The notes: generated from the letters alone by a model not told the origin. A stretch of 64,000 nucleotides of DNA from an uncultured Chitinophagales bacterium (GCA_963932515.1 CAWVRT010000007.1:4450-68449); one strand, 5' to 3'. Shown: positions 10,634 through 20,875, numbered from the stretch's first letter. Numbers and translations are program-made.

Positions 10634-11360
10634 CTTCTTCTGAGTCTATATAAAACAAATAAACATCTTTTGGACCATCTGCACTTAAAAGTGTTTTATG
10701 ATTTGCTTTAGTAACGGGTTTCTCTTCATGAAGTTCTAGAATAGAAGCTAATCTGCCACCAAATTTAAGATCAAATTTTTCTATAGCACTATCAATATCT
10801 GCTTTTAATTGGTTTTTATACGCAATTATAATGTGTGTTTTTGGAAATGTTACTAATCTTCTATATGTTGATTGCTCTGGTGAAAGAATAATAACACCAT
10901 CGTTTGTAGATAAATTATAACAATATGAAATCCCAGCATCAGATGTTGACAAAGAAAAGCCAATTTCATCCCTTTGAAAATCATGATAACTTAAAAAGTC
11001 TAACAATAAATTATTCCATGAGAAAATATGATTCCACTTATTTTCTTCTTTTAAAGAAGTTAAATGGTTAATAAACTCTTTTTCGTTTTGGCAGTAAATA
11101 AATTTACCGCCAGAAAACACAAAATTCTCGGCGAAATGTTCATCTAAAAAATTTGATTTAGAAACACTTTCATAAAGAGGTGAAACTTTCTTCACTTCTG
11201 TATGAGAAACTGTTTTTGTTGTCATTACTCCTAAAGAAGGTGATTCTTCTTCCTTATTTTTTTCTGCATCATCTTTTACTACTTTTAATTCTTGTTCTGA
11301 ATTAAAAATAGCATTTTTTAAAGACTGAAAAAAATTTATTTTATCTTGTTCTTCTGACAT
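10626..11360 (-). CDS. LUD-domain (LutC/YkgG-like) protein with an acidic N-terminal extension
   Basis: 244 aa. The C-terminal ~170 aa (FAENFVFSGGKFIYC...HIIIAYKNQL...) resemble the lactate-utilisation LUD fold, from memory. Overlaps lpxH by 8 nt. Confidence 0.5.
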   Translation of the reverse strand: MSEEQDKINFFQSLKNAIFNSEQELKVVKDDAEKNKEEESPSLGVMTTKTVSHTEVKKVSPLYESVSKSNFLDEHFAENFVFSGGKFIYCQNEKEFINHLTSLKEENKWNHIFSWNNLLLDFLSYHDFQRDEIGFSLSTSDAGISYCYNLSTNDGVIILSPEQSTYRRLVTFPKTHIIIAYKNQLKADIDSAIEKFDLKFGGRLASILELHEEKPVTKANHKTLLSADGPKDVYLFYIDSEEVG

Positions 11361-11523
11361 AATATTCTACACAAAGGTAAAAAAATAAGTTTTAAAATTA
11401 TTATGGAATATCAAATTTATCCATACGACTATCAAATAGCCTATTTTATTAGACTAATGTTTATTAAATTAACAATTTCTACTTACACCAACCCGCTATT
11501 ATTATAAAAAGAAAGTAAATTTC

Positions 11524-12057
11524 TTAAATAATTTGGTAAATTTCTTTTAAATTTCTCCCTAACTCATCATAGTCTAAACCATAACCAAGTATGAATTTAT
11601 TTGGAATTTCTTTACCAATATAATCAATATTAAAATCTGCTTTAAAAGCTTCTGGCTTAAATAATAAGGTACAAACTTTTAAACTTTTTGGATTTTCCGC
11701 TATTAAAGTAGGCAATAACTTATCTAGGGTATTTCCTGTATCAATAATATCTTCAACTATGATTACATTTCTATCTTCCAAAGACTGCATTAATCCAATC
11801 AATTTCTTTACTTTTCCCGTTGATTTTGTGCCTGAATAAGATGCAATTTTCACAAAAGAAATTTCACATTCTAAATCTACTTTTTTTAATAAATCTGAAG
11901 CAAACATAAAAGAACCATTCAAAATAGCTATAAAAAGTACTTTTTGATCTTTAAATTCCTTGTTTATTTTATTAGCAACTTTTGTTACTGCTTCATCTAT
12001 TTCTTCTACAGACAAATACGGTTGAAATTGTTTATCTTTTACTTTTATTATAGCCAT
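11524..12057 (-). CDS. hpt: Hypoxanthine phosphoribosyltransferase
   Basis: 177 aa. PRPP-binding motif VIIVEDIIDTGNTL; C-terminal GYGLDY. Confidence 0.92.
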   Translation of the reverse strand: MAIIKVKDKQFQPYLSVEEIDEAVTKVANKINKEFKDQKVLFIAILNGSFMFASDLLKKVDLECEISFVKIASYSGTKSTGKVKKLIGLMQSLEDRNVIIVEDIIDTGNTLDKLLPTLIAENPKSLKVCTLLFKPEAFKADFNIDYIGKEIPNKFILGYGLDYDELGRNLKEIYQII

Positions 12058-12099
12058 ATTTCTATCTTTTAAAATGTTTTAGCTTAAAAAACTTACTGT

Positions 12100-13515
12100 T
12101 TACTTATTCGTTTGCGAAACTATTAAATCTTGATCAATATTAATACCATTATCTTGTAAATTATTTAAAATTTTAAGTTCGTCTATAGAAATATTGTATT
12201 TCTTAGAAATAAAATATAGTGTTTCTCCTTGCTTCACCTTATGCGTAAAATTAGATTTAACATTAGTTATTGGAGTGCTTTGTATTGTTTCAGAACTTTC
12301 TACTACTGGAATTTCATTTATTAATTTTTCCAATTCTTCATTTTTATCTACATATTTTTCTTTAGGATACTTATTAGCAACTTCAATTGGCTCTACTAGT
12401 TGTTTTTTTTCTAAACTTTTTATTTGTAGAGGCTTTACAGAAGCTTTAGTGAGCCCTTTTTTTGATTGATATTCTTTTAGTGCTCGTCTGGTTTGTAAAA
12501 CATCTTTATATGCTATAGTTTCCACTTTAGATTTTCGCTTTTTTCTCAAATTTAAAGTTTCTCCTGGTTTCACCTGTTGCCCTGGCACTAATACATTTTT
12601 CTTGTATAAACTTTTTAGTTTTATTCCAAACATTTGTGAAATTTCCCACATTGAGTCTCCAGGTTTTACTAAATATTCTTTTTGACTACCTTGAAATCTT
12701 TTGGGTTGTAAAAACACATTTTGTGCCTTAGTTAAAATTTCGTTTCCTACTAAATTGTTAAATTTCTTAAGTGTTTCAAAATTCACATCAAACAAAACAG
12801 CAATTTCTAAAGGTGTTCTTCCTTTGGCTTTGATTGTTTTAATTCTATTAAAAATAAAAATTCCTTTCTTACTATCTGAATAATAGACATTTCTACCCAT
12901 TAACGCTTTGATATATTCGTTGGTTTCTTCTAAAACAAAATACTCTTCCTCACCTTCTTCCAATACTAAAACATCTTCTTGAACAGTTTCTTCTGGAAGA
13001 AAATCTGATATATCATATTTATAAAGATGATATCTTTCAATTAAATTAATTAGTAATTGGGGATACTGTGGATTCGTTGCATAACCCGCTTTTTTTAAAC
13101 CTTTTGCCCATTTTTTATAATCAGTCGTTGCATAATCCGTAAACAAAAACTCATATCTACCTCTTTTAGTCAAAAAAGCAGAATGATCTTCAAAAGAACT
13201 TTCAGGGCTTTTGTACACTCTAAAACATTCATCTTTTGTATCATCGTCCATAAAATAACCCTTCCCTTTCCAGCTACTATGGCATTTAATTCCAAAATGG
13301 TTTTTTGCTTTTTTTGCTAAAGTAGAATTTCCACTTCCTGACTCTAAAATACCTTGTGCAAGTGTAATACTTGCAGGTATTTTATATTTTCGCATTTCTT
13401 CAATGGCAATTTTATAATATTTTTCTATATACTCCTCATTAGTCTGTTTTTTTTGCGAAAAAACATTAAGTGTAAAAAAAAATATGAAAAATGATATTAA
13501 AAGTCTTGTAATCAT
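12100..13515 (-). CDS. Peptidoglycan hydrolase: N-acetylglucosaminidase domain plus LysM repeats
   Basis: 471 aa with a signal peptide. Glucosaminidase-type ITLAQGILESGSGNSTLAKKAKNHFGIK, followed by LysM-like segments (YLVKPGDSMWEISQMFG, HKVKQGETLYFISKKYN). Confidence 0.85.
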   Translation of the reverse strand: MITRLLISFFIFFFTLNVFSQKKQTNEEYIEKYYKIAIEEMRKYKIPASITLAQGILESGSGNSTLAKKAKNHFGIKCHSSWKGKGYFMDDDTKDECFRVYKSPESSFEDHSAFLTKRGRYEFLFTDYATTDYKKWAKGLKKAGYATNPQYPQLLINLIERYHLYKYDISDFLPEETVQEDVLVLEEGEEEYFVLEETNEYIKALMGRNVYYSDSKKGIFIFNRIKTIKAKGRTPLEIAVLFDVNFETLKKFNNLVGNEILTKAQNVFLQPKRFQGSQKEYLVKPGDSMWEISQMFGIKLKSLYKKNVLVPGQQVKPGETLNLRKKRKSKVETIAYKDVLQTRRALKEYQSKKGLTKASVKPLQIKSLEKKQLVEPIEVANKYPKEKYVDKNEELEKLINEIPVVESSETIQSTPITNVKSNFTHKVKQGETLYFISKKYNISIDELKILNNLQDNGINIDQDLIVSQTNK

Positions 13516-13623
13516 CTCATCTTTATGTTTAAAGTATTAGAAAGCAAAGTTATTACATTAAATTTGTATTCTGGTTTTGCTTTTAAACAGGTAATAAATT
13601 GGTGTACAAAATAAAACTCAACT

Positions 13624-14061
13624 ATGACTAAAATATTTTATTTTATTGTCTTATGCTTTTCTTTTTCTCTAATTTCTTGCTCAAATAGTAATAAAGCCGA
13701 TGTAAAAAATGAAGTTGCAAAGCCTTATTTTGAAAAATTACCTTTGAGTTTATTACAAAATATTTTCCAAGAGTGCAATAGTATAGATATTACTTTTTAC
13801 AATTCTGATAAAACACTTAACCTTTCGAATGATAATGTAAAACATGTTTTATCTATGATTACAAATGAAGCGCCATTAAAATTAGATGATAATTTAATCG
13901 GGCATATTATGATGCTTAAAAGTGGTGAACAGTTAGCTTATGTTGAAGTATCACTAAAAAGAAATAACAATTATGTCATTTATCATATTCATAATGAAAA
14001 ATATTATAATCAAATAAATGCTAAAGGCTTAGAATTTTTTAGCAAATTTTCGAATAACTAA
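13624..14061 (+). CDS. Hypothetical lipoprotein
   Basis: 145 aa with a signal peptide and lipobox LISC. No motif recognised. Confidence 0.5.
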   Translation: MTKIFYFIVLCFSFSLISCSNSNKADVKNEVAKPYFEKLPLSLLQNIFQECNSIDITFYNSDKTLNLSNDNVKHVLSMITNEAPLKLDDNLIGHIMMLKSGEQLAYVEVSLKRNNNYVIYHIHNEKYYNQINAKGLEFFSKFSNN

Positions 14062-14072
14062 AATTACTGCAA

Positions 14073-14840
14073 TTGAATTTAATAGATACCCATTCACATC
14101 TTTACTTAGAGAAATTTGAGAACGACCTTTCTGAGGTAATTTCTAGAGCAAAAGTAAATGACTTATCAAAAATATTATTACCTAATATTGATGTAGATTC
14201 TGTGAGCCAAATTCATGATTTACAGAAAAAAGACAGTAATTTTTTTATACCAATGATGGGTTTACACCCAACTTCTGTAGACCTAAATTTTCAAAAAAGT
14301 TTAGATTTTATTTTAAAAGAAACACACTTAAAAGATATTTGCGCCATTGGCGAAATTGGTTTAGATTTTTATTGGAGTAAAGATTTTAAAACGCAACAAA
14401 TTGAGGCTTTTGAATACCAAATAGATTTTGCTAAAAAACTAAATTTACCAATCGCTATTCATTGCAGAGAAGCCTTTGATGATATTCTAGCTATCTTAGA
14501 AAAAAATTACGACAGTAAGCTAAAAGGTGTTTTACACTGCTTTACAGGAAATGAAACTCATGCTAAAAGACTAATAGCTATGGGATTCTATTTAGGCATT
14601 GGTGGTGTGCTAACCTATAAAAACTCAGGACTAGATAAAGTTATAAAAGATATAGACTTAAAGCATTTAGTTTTAGAAACGGATGCTCCATTCCTGGCTC
14701 CTGCACCTTATAGAGGAAAAAGAAATGAAAGTTCTTATATTTTAAAAATTGCCGAAAAATTGGCAGAGATTAAAGAAGTAAGCTTAGAAGAAATTGCTGA
14801 AATTACGACTGCGAATGCAACTGCTCTTTTTAATTTGTAA
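14073..14840 (+). CDS. TatD-family metal-dependent hydrolase
   Basis: 255 aa with a TTG start. N-terminal DTHSHL, then GEIGLD, HCR and ETDAPF motifs. Confidence 0.9.
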   Translation: MNLIDTHSHLYLEKFENDLSEVISRAKVNDLSKILLPNIDVDSVSQIHDLQKKDSNFFIPMMGLHPTSVDLNFQKSLDFILKETHLKDICAIGEIGLDFYWSKDFKTQQIEAFEYQIDFAKKLNLPIAIHCREAFDDILAILEKNYDSKLKGVLHCFTGNETHAKRLIAMGFYLGIGGVLTYKNSGLDKVIKDIDLKHLVLETDAPFLAPAPYRGKRNESSYILKIAEKLAEIKEVSLEEIAEITTANATALFNL

Positions 14841-14841
14841 T

Positions 14842-16107
14842 TTAATACAACTCAAAGCCTTCCATAAAAGCATTTACTTCTGCTTTTACTTTACTGATTA
14901 CCTGCTCATCTTCAGGATTCATTAACAATGAATCTATCCAATCTACAATCCTTGGCATATCATCGGCTTTCATGCCTCTTGTTGTAATTGCGGGCGTACC
15001 TATTCTTATTCCAGAAGTTACAAATGGCGATTTGTCATCAAAAGGAACCATATTTTTATTGACCGTAATATCAGCTTTTACTAAAGTGTTTTCCGCTTTC
15101 TTTCCAGAAATATTTTTATTTCTAAGATCTATAAGCATTAAATGATTATCGGTTCCACCAGAAATTAAATTATATCCTTTAGCTACAAATGCTTCGGCCA
15201 TGGCTTGTGCATTTAAAATTACTTGTTTTTGGTATGTTTTGTATTCAGGTTTTAATGCTTCGCCAAAAGAAATTGCTTTAGCGGCAATAACATGTTCTAA
15301 TGGCCCACCTTGCGTACCAGGAAAAACACCTGAATCTAAAATAGAAGACATTTTTCTTACTACGCCTTTCATTGTTTTCTTTCCCCAAGGATTATCGAAA
15401 TCTTTTCCCATTAAAATGATTCCACCTCTAGGGCCTCTTAATGTTTTGTGAGTAGTAGAAGTAACAATATGGCAATGCTCTAAGGGGTTTTCGTGAAGAC
15501 CTGCAGCAACTAAACCAGCTACATGTGCCATGTCTGCCAATAACAAAGCACCTACTTTGTCTGCAATTTCTCTAAACCTTTTATAATCCCAAGATCTAGC
15601 ATAAGAAGAAGCTCCAGCAATGATTAATTGCGGTTTTTCTCTTAAAGCAGTCGCTTCAACTTTGTCCATATCAATTAAACCCGTTTCTTCATCTACCCCA
15701 TAAAAAGACGTTTTATAGGTTTTTCCAGAAAAATTTACTGGGGAACCATGTGTTAAATGGCCTCCATGTGACAAATCAAAACCTAAAATCTTATCGCCTG
15801 CTTCTAATACTGCTAACATAACTGCTCCATTAGCTTGCGCACCAGAATGTGGCTGCACGTTACACCATTCGGCATTAAATAAGTTCTTTAGTCTATCAAT
15901 AGCAATATCTTCTATTTGATCTACTACTTGACATCCCCCATAATATCTCTTATGTGGAAGACCTTCTGCATATTTATTTGTTAAACAAGTTCCCATAGCA
16001 TCCATTACGGCTTGGCTTGTAAAATTTTCTGAAGCAATTAATTCTATTCCTTCTCTTTGTCTTACTAATTCTTTGTCTATTAAATCAAATATTTGTTGGT
16101 CTCTCAT
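14842..16107 (-). CDS. glyA: Serine hydroxymethyltransferase
   Basis: 421 aa. PLP-lysine region [15 protein letters not shown]; ELIASENF near the N-terminus. Confidence 0.97.
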   Translation of the reverse strand: MRDQQIFDLIDKELVRQREGIELIASENFTSQAVMDAMGTCLTNKYAEGLPHKRYYGGCQVVDQIEDIAIDRLKNLFNAEWCNVQPHSGAQANGAVMLAVLEAGDKILGFDLSHGGHLTHGSPVNFSGKTYKTSFYGVDEETGLIDMDKVEATALREKPQLIIAGASSYARSWDYKRFREIADKVGALLLADMAHVAGLVAAGLHENPLEHCHIVTSTTHKTLRGPRGGIILMGKDFDNPWGKKTMKGVVRKMSSILDSGVFPGTQGGPLEHVIAAKAISFGEALKPEYKTYQKQVILNAQAMAEAFVAKGYNLISGGTDNHLMLIDLRNKNISGKKAENTLVKADITVNKNMVPFDDKSPFVTSGIRIGTPAITTRGMKADDMPRIVDWIDSLLMNPEDEQVISKVKAEVNAFMEGFELY

Positions 16108-16160
16108 TGTTACAATTTTATGGGTGTAAAATTACGTTTATTCTCTATTTTTTATACTAA

Positions 16161-16194
16161 AAATAAAAAACCCTTTGCTAAAAGTAACAAAGGG
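16161..16194 (-). terminator. Rho-independent terminator after the CBS-domain gene
   Basis: The stem ccctttg (16171-16177) pairs with caaaggg (16188-16194). On the minus strand it is followed by TTTTTTATTTTT. Confidence 0.65.
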
Positions 16195-16218
16195 TCCATA
16201 TTAATTTCAAGTAAAATA

Positions 16219-16632
16219 TTAAATCACTTTGTTCAATACTTTTACTAAATCTTTATTTGAAACAATACCAACTATTCCATTTGCCGCATTTACAATTGGT
16301 AAAGATCTAAATTTAGCTTTACATAAAACTTCAGATGCATCTTTTACTGTGTTATCAGGACCTAAAGTACTAGGATTAGTTGTCATCATAACATTGATAT
16401 CAAAAATCTCATTTAAATGCTCATCTTTCGTAATATTGTTTGCTTCTTTTCTAAAGAATCTTAAAGCATCTGTTAAACTTACAATACCGATTAATACTTC
16501 ATTTTCTACAACAGGTAAATGATATATTCTGTAATCTAAAAATAATGTCATAATATCAGAAAACTTAGTTTGTAAGTCTGCTACGATAACTTTTTTTGTC
16601 ATTATTGCTGAAATTGGTGTACTTGCTTGCAT
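16219..16632 (-). CDS. CBS domain pair protein
   Basis: 137 aa with two CBS-like repeats (HLPVVENEVLIGIVSLTD and SLPIVNAANGIVGIVSNKD). Confidence 0.85.
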   Translation of the reverse strand: MQASTPISAIMTKKVIVADLQTKFSDIMTLFLDYRIYHLPVVENEVLIGIVSLTDALRFFRKEANNITKDEHLNEIFDINVMMTTNPSTLGPDNTVKDASEVLCKAKFRSLPIVNAANGIVGIVSNKDLVKVLNKVI

Positions 16633-16739
16633 ATTTATAGTTTAATTTATACAAAAGTATAGTTTTTTAGTGAAAAAAAATTAAAAAATTCTTTAAAACT
16701 TTAGAATAACTTAGATAAAGTATAATTTCGCAATATACT

Positions 16740-17972
16740 ATGGTAGAAAAAATGAAAAACGTTGATAGGAAAATTATTGAAAAAGCTGTATTAGTTGGTT
16801 TAATTACGCAAGATCAATCTGAAGAGCAACTTTTTGAGAACTTAAAGGAGTTAAAATTTCTTGCAGAAACTGGCGGGGCTTACTCTGAAGAAATTTTCTA
16901 TCAAAGACTAAGAAGTCCCGATAGAAAAACGTATGTAGGGAAAGGAAAATTAGAAGAAATAAAAACTTTTGTAGATTCCTACAATATTGATGTTGTTATT
17001 TTTGATGATGAGATTTCTCCTTCTCAGCTTAGAAACATAGAAGCGGTTTTAGAATGTAAAGTTTTAGATAGAGCCATGCTTATTCTAAACATTTTTGCCC
17101 AAAGAGCACAAACTGTTCAAGCAAAAACTCAAGTAGAGCTTGCCAATTTGCAATATATGCTGCCTAGACTGAAAGGTTTGTGGACCCACTTAGACAGAGT
17201 AAAAGGTGGTGTAGGAATGAAAGGTGCTGGTGAAACGGAAGCCGAAACTGATAGAAGAGTAGCTAGAGATAATATTTCTAAATTGAAAAAAAAACTAGCC
17301 AAAATAGATACGCAAAACAAAATTCGTAGAAAAACAAGAGACGGAATGATTAGAGTCTCTTTAGTTGGTTATACCAATGTAGGAAAGTCTACTATTATGC
17401 AGATTATAAGTAAATCTAGCATGTTTGCAGAAAATAAATTATTTGCGACTCTTGATACTACGGTAAGAAAAGTAGTTATCAATCATGTTCCATTTTTATT
17501 GTCAGATACAGTTGGATTTATTAGAAAATTACCACATCACTTAATAGAAAGTTTTAAATCTACTTTAGATGAGGTTTTAGAAAGCGATATATTACTTCAT
17601 GTTGTAGATATTTCTCATCCACAGTTTGAAGATCAAATAAATGTAGTAAGCAATACTTTGAAAGAATTGGGTGCTGAAGACAAGCTTACTTTTATGGTTT
17701 TCAATAAAATGGATTTATATAGAAAAAATACATTTGATGATAAACTAAAAGAGGAAATTAAAAAAGAGTTATTAGAAGAGCTAAAGAAAACTTGGATGGC
17801 AAAATCTAATGATAATGCTATTTTTATTTCTGCTTTCAAAAAAGAAAACTTGAAGGAATTTAGAAAACTAATTTTTGAACAAGTGAAAGTTTTATATCTT
17901 GAAAGATATCCTTACAAAGCAAGCTATATAGAGAATATGGATTATGAAGATTTTAGTGAAGAAGAAGACTAA
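16740..17972 (+). CDS. hflX: GTPase HflX
   Basis: 410 aa. HflX N-terminal domain plus G-motifs GYTNVGKST, DTVGF and NKMD. Confidence 0.93.
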   Translation: MVEKMKNVDRKIIEKAVLVGLITQDQSEEQLFENLKELKFLAETGGAYSEEIFYQRLRSPDRKTYVGKGKLEEIKTFVDSYNIDVVIFDDEISPSQLRNIEAVLECKVLDRAMLILNIFAQRAQTVQAKTQVELANLQYMLPRLKGLWTHLDRVKGGVGMKGAGETEAETDRRVARDNISKLKKKLAKIDTQNKIRRKTRDGMIRVSLVGYTNVGKSTIMQIISKSSMFAENKLFATLDTTVRKVVINHVPFLLSDTVGFIRKLPHHLIESFKSTLDEVLESDILLHVVDISHPQFEDQINVVSNTLKELGAEDKLTFMVFNKMDLYRKNTFDDKLKEEIKKELLEELKKTWMAKSNDNAIFISAFKKENLKEFRKLIFEQVKVLYLERYPYKASYIENMDYEDFSEEED

Positions 17973-17979
17973 TTCTCTC

Positions 17980-19380
17980 CTAATTTGAATACGCTTTAAT
18001 TATTTGCATAAACTCTTGATCCTCTATAAGAATTGGTAATAAATCCATCAGGAGTTGACTTTTTTCTGAATCATAAGCTAATGCCTCATATAATTTTACA
18101 ATAGCTTCTTCTCGTTTATCTAGTTCATATAAGAAAGCAACTTTTATATACAGTAAGTCTGAAATATCATCAAATTTATCTTCAATACTATTTATATGAT
18201 CTATTGCCTCATTAATATTTCCAGACTCATAGAGGATTGTCAATAAGTTTAAATGAATTTGCTTATTTGATTCATTCTCTTTAATTATTCCATCATAGAT
18301 TTTCAAAGCTTTATCATGCTGGCCTAATAAGAGATACGCCTCAGCCAATGCTGTTTGAAAATCAAAGTTTTTATCATCTAATTTATAGGCTTTTTTAAGA
18401 GCAGTCAATGCACTTTTTGGAGAGTCCGTTAATAAGTACGTTCTACCAATTTTAAAATATGCATTGGCAAAATATGGATCTAAACTTAAAGCTTCTCTAT
18501 AGAAGTCTCTTGATAGATAATAGTTTTCTAAAGCATCATAACATTTACCAATACTGTAATAGATGTCTTTTTGAAAACTTGTTATATCTAGTACTTCCGC
18601 ATACAACTCTATCGCTTTTTTGTACTCTTTTTGATGAAAATATATATCTGCACAATCAATATAAGCAGGTTCGTAGGTTTCGTCTATTGCCATTACATAT
18701 TCAAAAGCCTCAATAGCTTTTTCATGTAATTTTAAGCCTTTATAAGCATGCCCTAAATTATTCCATGCTAAATCATTATATGGATTTGAATCAATTAATT
18801 TTTGATGAAAATCTATACTTTCTTCATAGCTCTCTGTAAGTTCTACTGAGAACCAAATTCTATTTAAAGCTTCTTCATTTTCATTGTCTATTTCTAGGCA
18901 GCTTTTTAAAGAAGAAATTACAGCTGAATAATTTTCAGCATCTTCATAAACGTCTGCTAATTCTAAATAAAGTTCTGCTTTTTCTTTCCCTGTACTACGA
19001 TCTATTGCTTCATTTAACAGTAGTATTGCTTCTTCATAACATTCTAAAAGCGAGTAAACATCAATTTTATTTAACAAAATTGACATTTCATTTGGAGAAA
19101 AGATTTCTGCCAATTCTAAAACTTCTAAAGCTTGATGATAATCAGATAATTCCTTTAAAGTCTCGGCCTTGTGATTGTAAAAGATGAAAGAATATTTGAA
19201 AGTGCTTATGCCTACATCTGCTACTTGAATAGCTTTTTCGAATTCAAAAATATTGAAATAGTATAGGAAAATTTGCTCTAAATCTTGTTCTTCAAAAAAA
19301 GGTAACATCCCCTTTTTTTGAGCTAATTCATACTTATTTATTAACTCTTTTATTTTATCGTCAAAATCTTTTTTGAACAT
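17980..19380 (-). CDS. Tetratricopeptide repeat protein
   Basis: 466 aa with many TPR-like 34-aa units (A..Y..AL..DP.. patterns). Confidence 0.8.
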   Translation of the reverse strand: MFKKDFDDKIKELINKYELAQKKGMLPFFEEQDLEQIFLYYFNIFEFEKAIQVADVGISTFKYSFIFYNHKAETLKELSDYHQALEVLELAEIFSPNEMSILLNKIDVYSLLECYEEAILLLNEAIDRSTGKEKAELYLELADVYEDAENYSAVISSLKSCLEIDNENEEALNRIWFSVELTESYEESIDFHQKLIDSNPYNDLAWNNLGHAYKGLKLHEKAIEAFEYVMAIDETYEPAYIDCADIYFHQKEYKKAIELYAEVLDITSFQKDIYYSIGKCYDALENYYLSRDFYREALSLDPYFANAYFKIGRTYLLTDSPKSALTALKKAYKLDDKNFDFQTALAEAYLLLGQHDKALKIYDGIIKENESNKQIHLNLLTILYESGNINEAIDHINSIEDKFDDISDLLYIKVAFLYELDKREEAIVKLYEALAYDSEKSQLLMDLLPILIEDQEFMQIIKAYSN

Positions 19381-19521
19381 ACCTAATTATTTAACCCTAA
19401 AAATAATAATTAATTAACAAACTAACTTATTGCTTATTAACATTTAACTCGTATTAACTATTTATTAATTCATTTTTAATTATAAATGACCTTTCAATAA
19501 TTAATATTCTAAAACTTATTC

Positions 19522-19560
19522 AAAAAAAACCCAATCTAATTGATTGGGTTTAAATTTTTT
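19522..19560. terminator. Bidirectional-looking hairpin terminator downstream of the ArsR-like gene
   Basis: The stem cccaatc (19530-19536) pairs with gattggg (19542-19548). It has an A-run on the left and a T-run on the right. Confidence 0.6.
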
Positions 19561-19569
19561 TAGTCAAAT

Positions 19570-19905
19570 TTACATTTGCTCAATAATCTTTGAAATTTCT
19601 TCAAATCTTTCAACATTTGCGTTGTAATAAATAAATTTACCATTTCTAGTTGCAGTTAAAAATCCAGAATTTCTTAATATAGCTAAGTGTTGAGAAGCTA
19701 CAGATTGCTCAATTTTTAATTTTTTGTAAATTTTTGTAACCGTAATGTCCGTATTTGCATTTACTAAATCAATAATTCTTTTTCTCAAAGGGTTATTGAT
19801 TGCCCTTAGAGTCATTACAGCAGTATATAAAGTTGCTGCTTTTACAACAGTACTTTTATCCTTGCCTACTTGCAGGTCTTTCATTTTTTTTACGCTAAAT
19901 CCCAT
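19570..19905 (-). CDS. ArsR/SmtB-family winged-helix transcriptional regulator
   Basis: The HTH region ITVTKIYKKLKIEQSVASQHLAILRNSGFL is typical of ArsR-type regulators. I prefer the ATG at 19905 (MGFSVKK...) to the track's TTG at 19950. The track's extra residues are translated from a pentanucleotide repeat and overlap the tsaB stop. Confidence 0.75.
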   Translation of the reverse strand: MGFSVKKMKDLQVGKDKSTVVKAATLYTAVMTLRAINNPLRKRIIDLVNANTDITVTKIYKKLKIEQSVASQHLAILRNSGFLTATRNGKFIYYNANVERFEEISKIIEQM

Positions 19906-19906
19906 C

Positions 19907-19941
19907 TTGTTTTGTTTTGTTTTGTTTTGTTTTGTTTTGTT
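19907..19941. repeat. Pentanucleotide microsatellite (TTTTG)6 on plus strand = (CAAAA)6 on the coding strand
   Basis: Direct reading gives six perfect TTTTG units at 19910-19939 plus partial units at both ends. The repeat fills the gap between the tsaB stop (19940-19942) and the ATG at 19905. Confidence 0.95.
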
Positions 19942-20605
19942 AAGTACCAATAAAAGGTTTTAAATAATTTGGTTCCGAATATGCTAAATCAGCGAATAAC
20001 GATTGTTTAAAAAGATTAAAAGTTGGATCTATCATATTCTTTGCAGAAAAATTAACACCTTCAATAAAAGTCATTTTAGTATGTTCTATGTTGCCATCCA
20101 GTTTTTCCCATCCTGAACCAGCTATTATAATGTCCTCATTTACGTACTCTTGTAAAAAGTAATCATCAATTTTTATTGCCGAAGGCTTATGAACGATCCT
20201 CAATGAACTATCCATTGAAGACAAATATAGTTCATTTTTTCTAGAGTTCATGATAGAAACATACAATTTAAATTTTTTGGTATATTTAGTTTTCAAAAAT
20301 TGAGCCATAGATTCTAAGCCAGACAAGGTAATTAGGGGTATATCTAGAGCATAACACAAGCCTTTGGCTGTTGATAATCCGATTCTTAATCCTGTATAAG
20401 AACCCGGTCCATTACTTATAGCTATTGCGTCTAAATCTGACAGATTTAAGTTAACATCTTTTAACGCTTCCTCTATAAAGGGGCTTAATTTAGTCGCATG
20501 CGAAACTACTTCATGCTCTTCCCTGAGCGCTAATAATTTCCCATTCTTTGCTAAAGCTACTGAAGTAGATTTTGTAGAAGTCTCTATGTTTAAAATTAAT
20601 GCCAT
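19940..20605 (-). CDS. tsaB: tRNA threonylcarbamoyladenosine (t6A) biosynthesis protein TsaB
   Basis: 221 aa. N-terminal ILNIETSTKSTSVAL and GPGSYTGLRIG motifs. Confidence 0.88.
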   Translation of the reverse strand: MALILNIETSTKSTSVALAKNGKLLALREEHEVVSHATKLSPFIEEALKDVNLNLSDLDAIAISNGPGSYTGLRIGLSTAKGLCYALDIPLITLSGLESMAQFLKTKYTKKFKLYVSIMNSRKNELYLSSMDSSLRIVHKPSAIKIDDYFLQEYVNEDIIIAGSGWEKLDGNIEHTKMTFIEGVNFSAKNMIDPTFNLFKQSLFADLAYSEPNYLKPFIGT

Positions 20606-20875
20606 TTTAAAAAGTAATGCTTATCATTATTAATTCGTTATTTCTTAATGCTTCTACTTTTGTAGAATATCCTGTCTTAAATTTTCCTAATGCCACCATG
20701 TAGGCTGTGGTGAACTAAATCCTCAAGTAGATTTTGTTGAGTAAATTTGTTGCCGTAATAAAAATTACACTAATTTATTTCATAAGTTTATACTTTTGGG
20801 AACTCAAATATATAAGTATTATATTTAGGTTAATACCTTAAAGAGTATTTTAAGACTAGGCTTTAAAAAAGATAA

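Noticed and set aside
19906-19950. The track's N-terminal extension MVLNKTKQNKTKQNK on the ArsR-like protein
   Set aside because: It is translated from the (CAAAA)n repeat, starts at a TTG overlapping the tsaB stop, and adds nothing ArsR-like. The ATG at 19905 is preferred. The repeat itself is kept as a finding.
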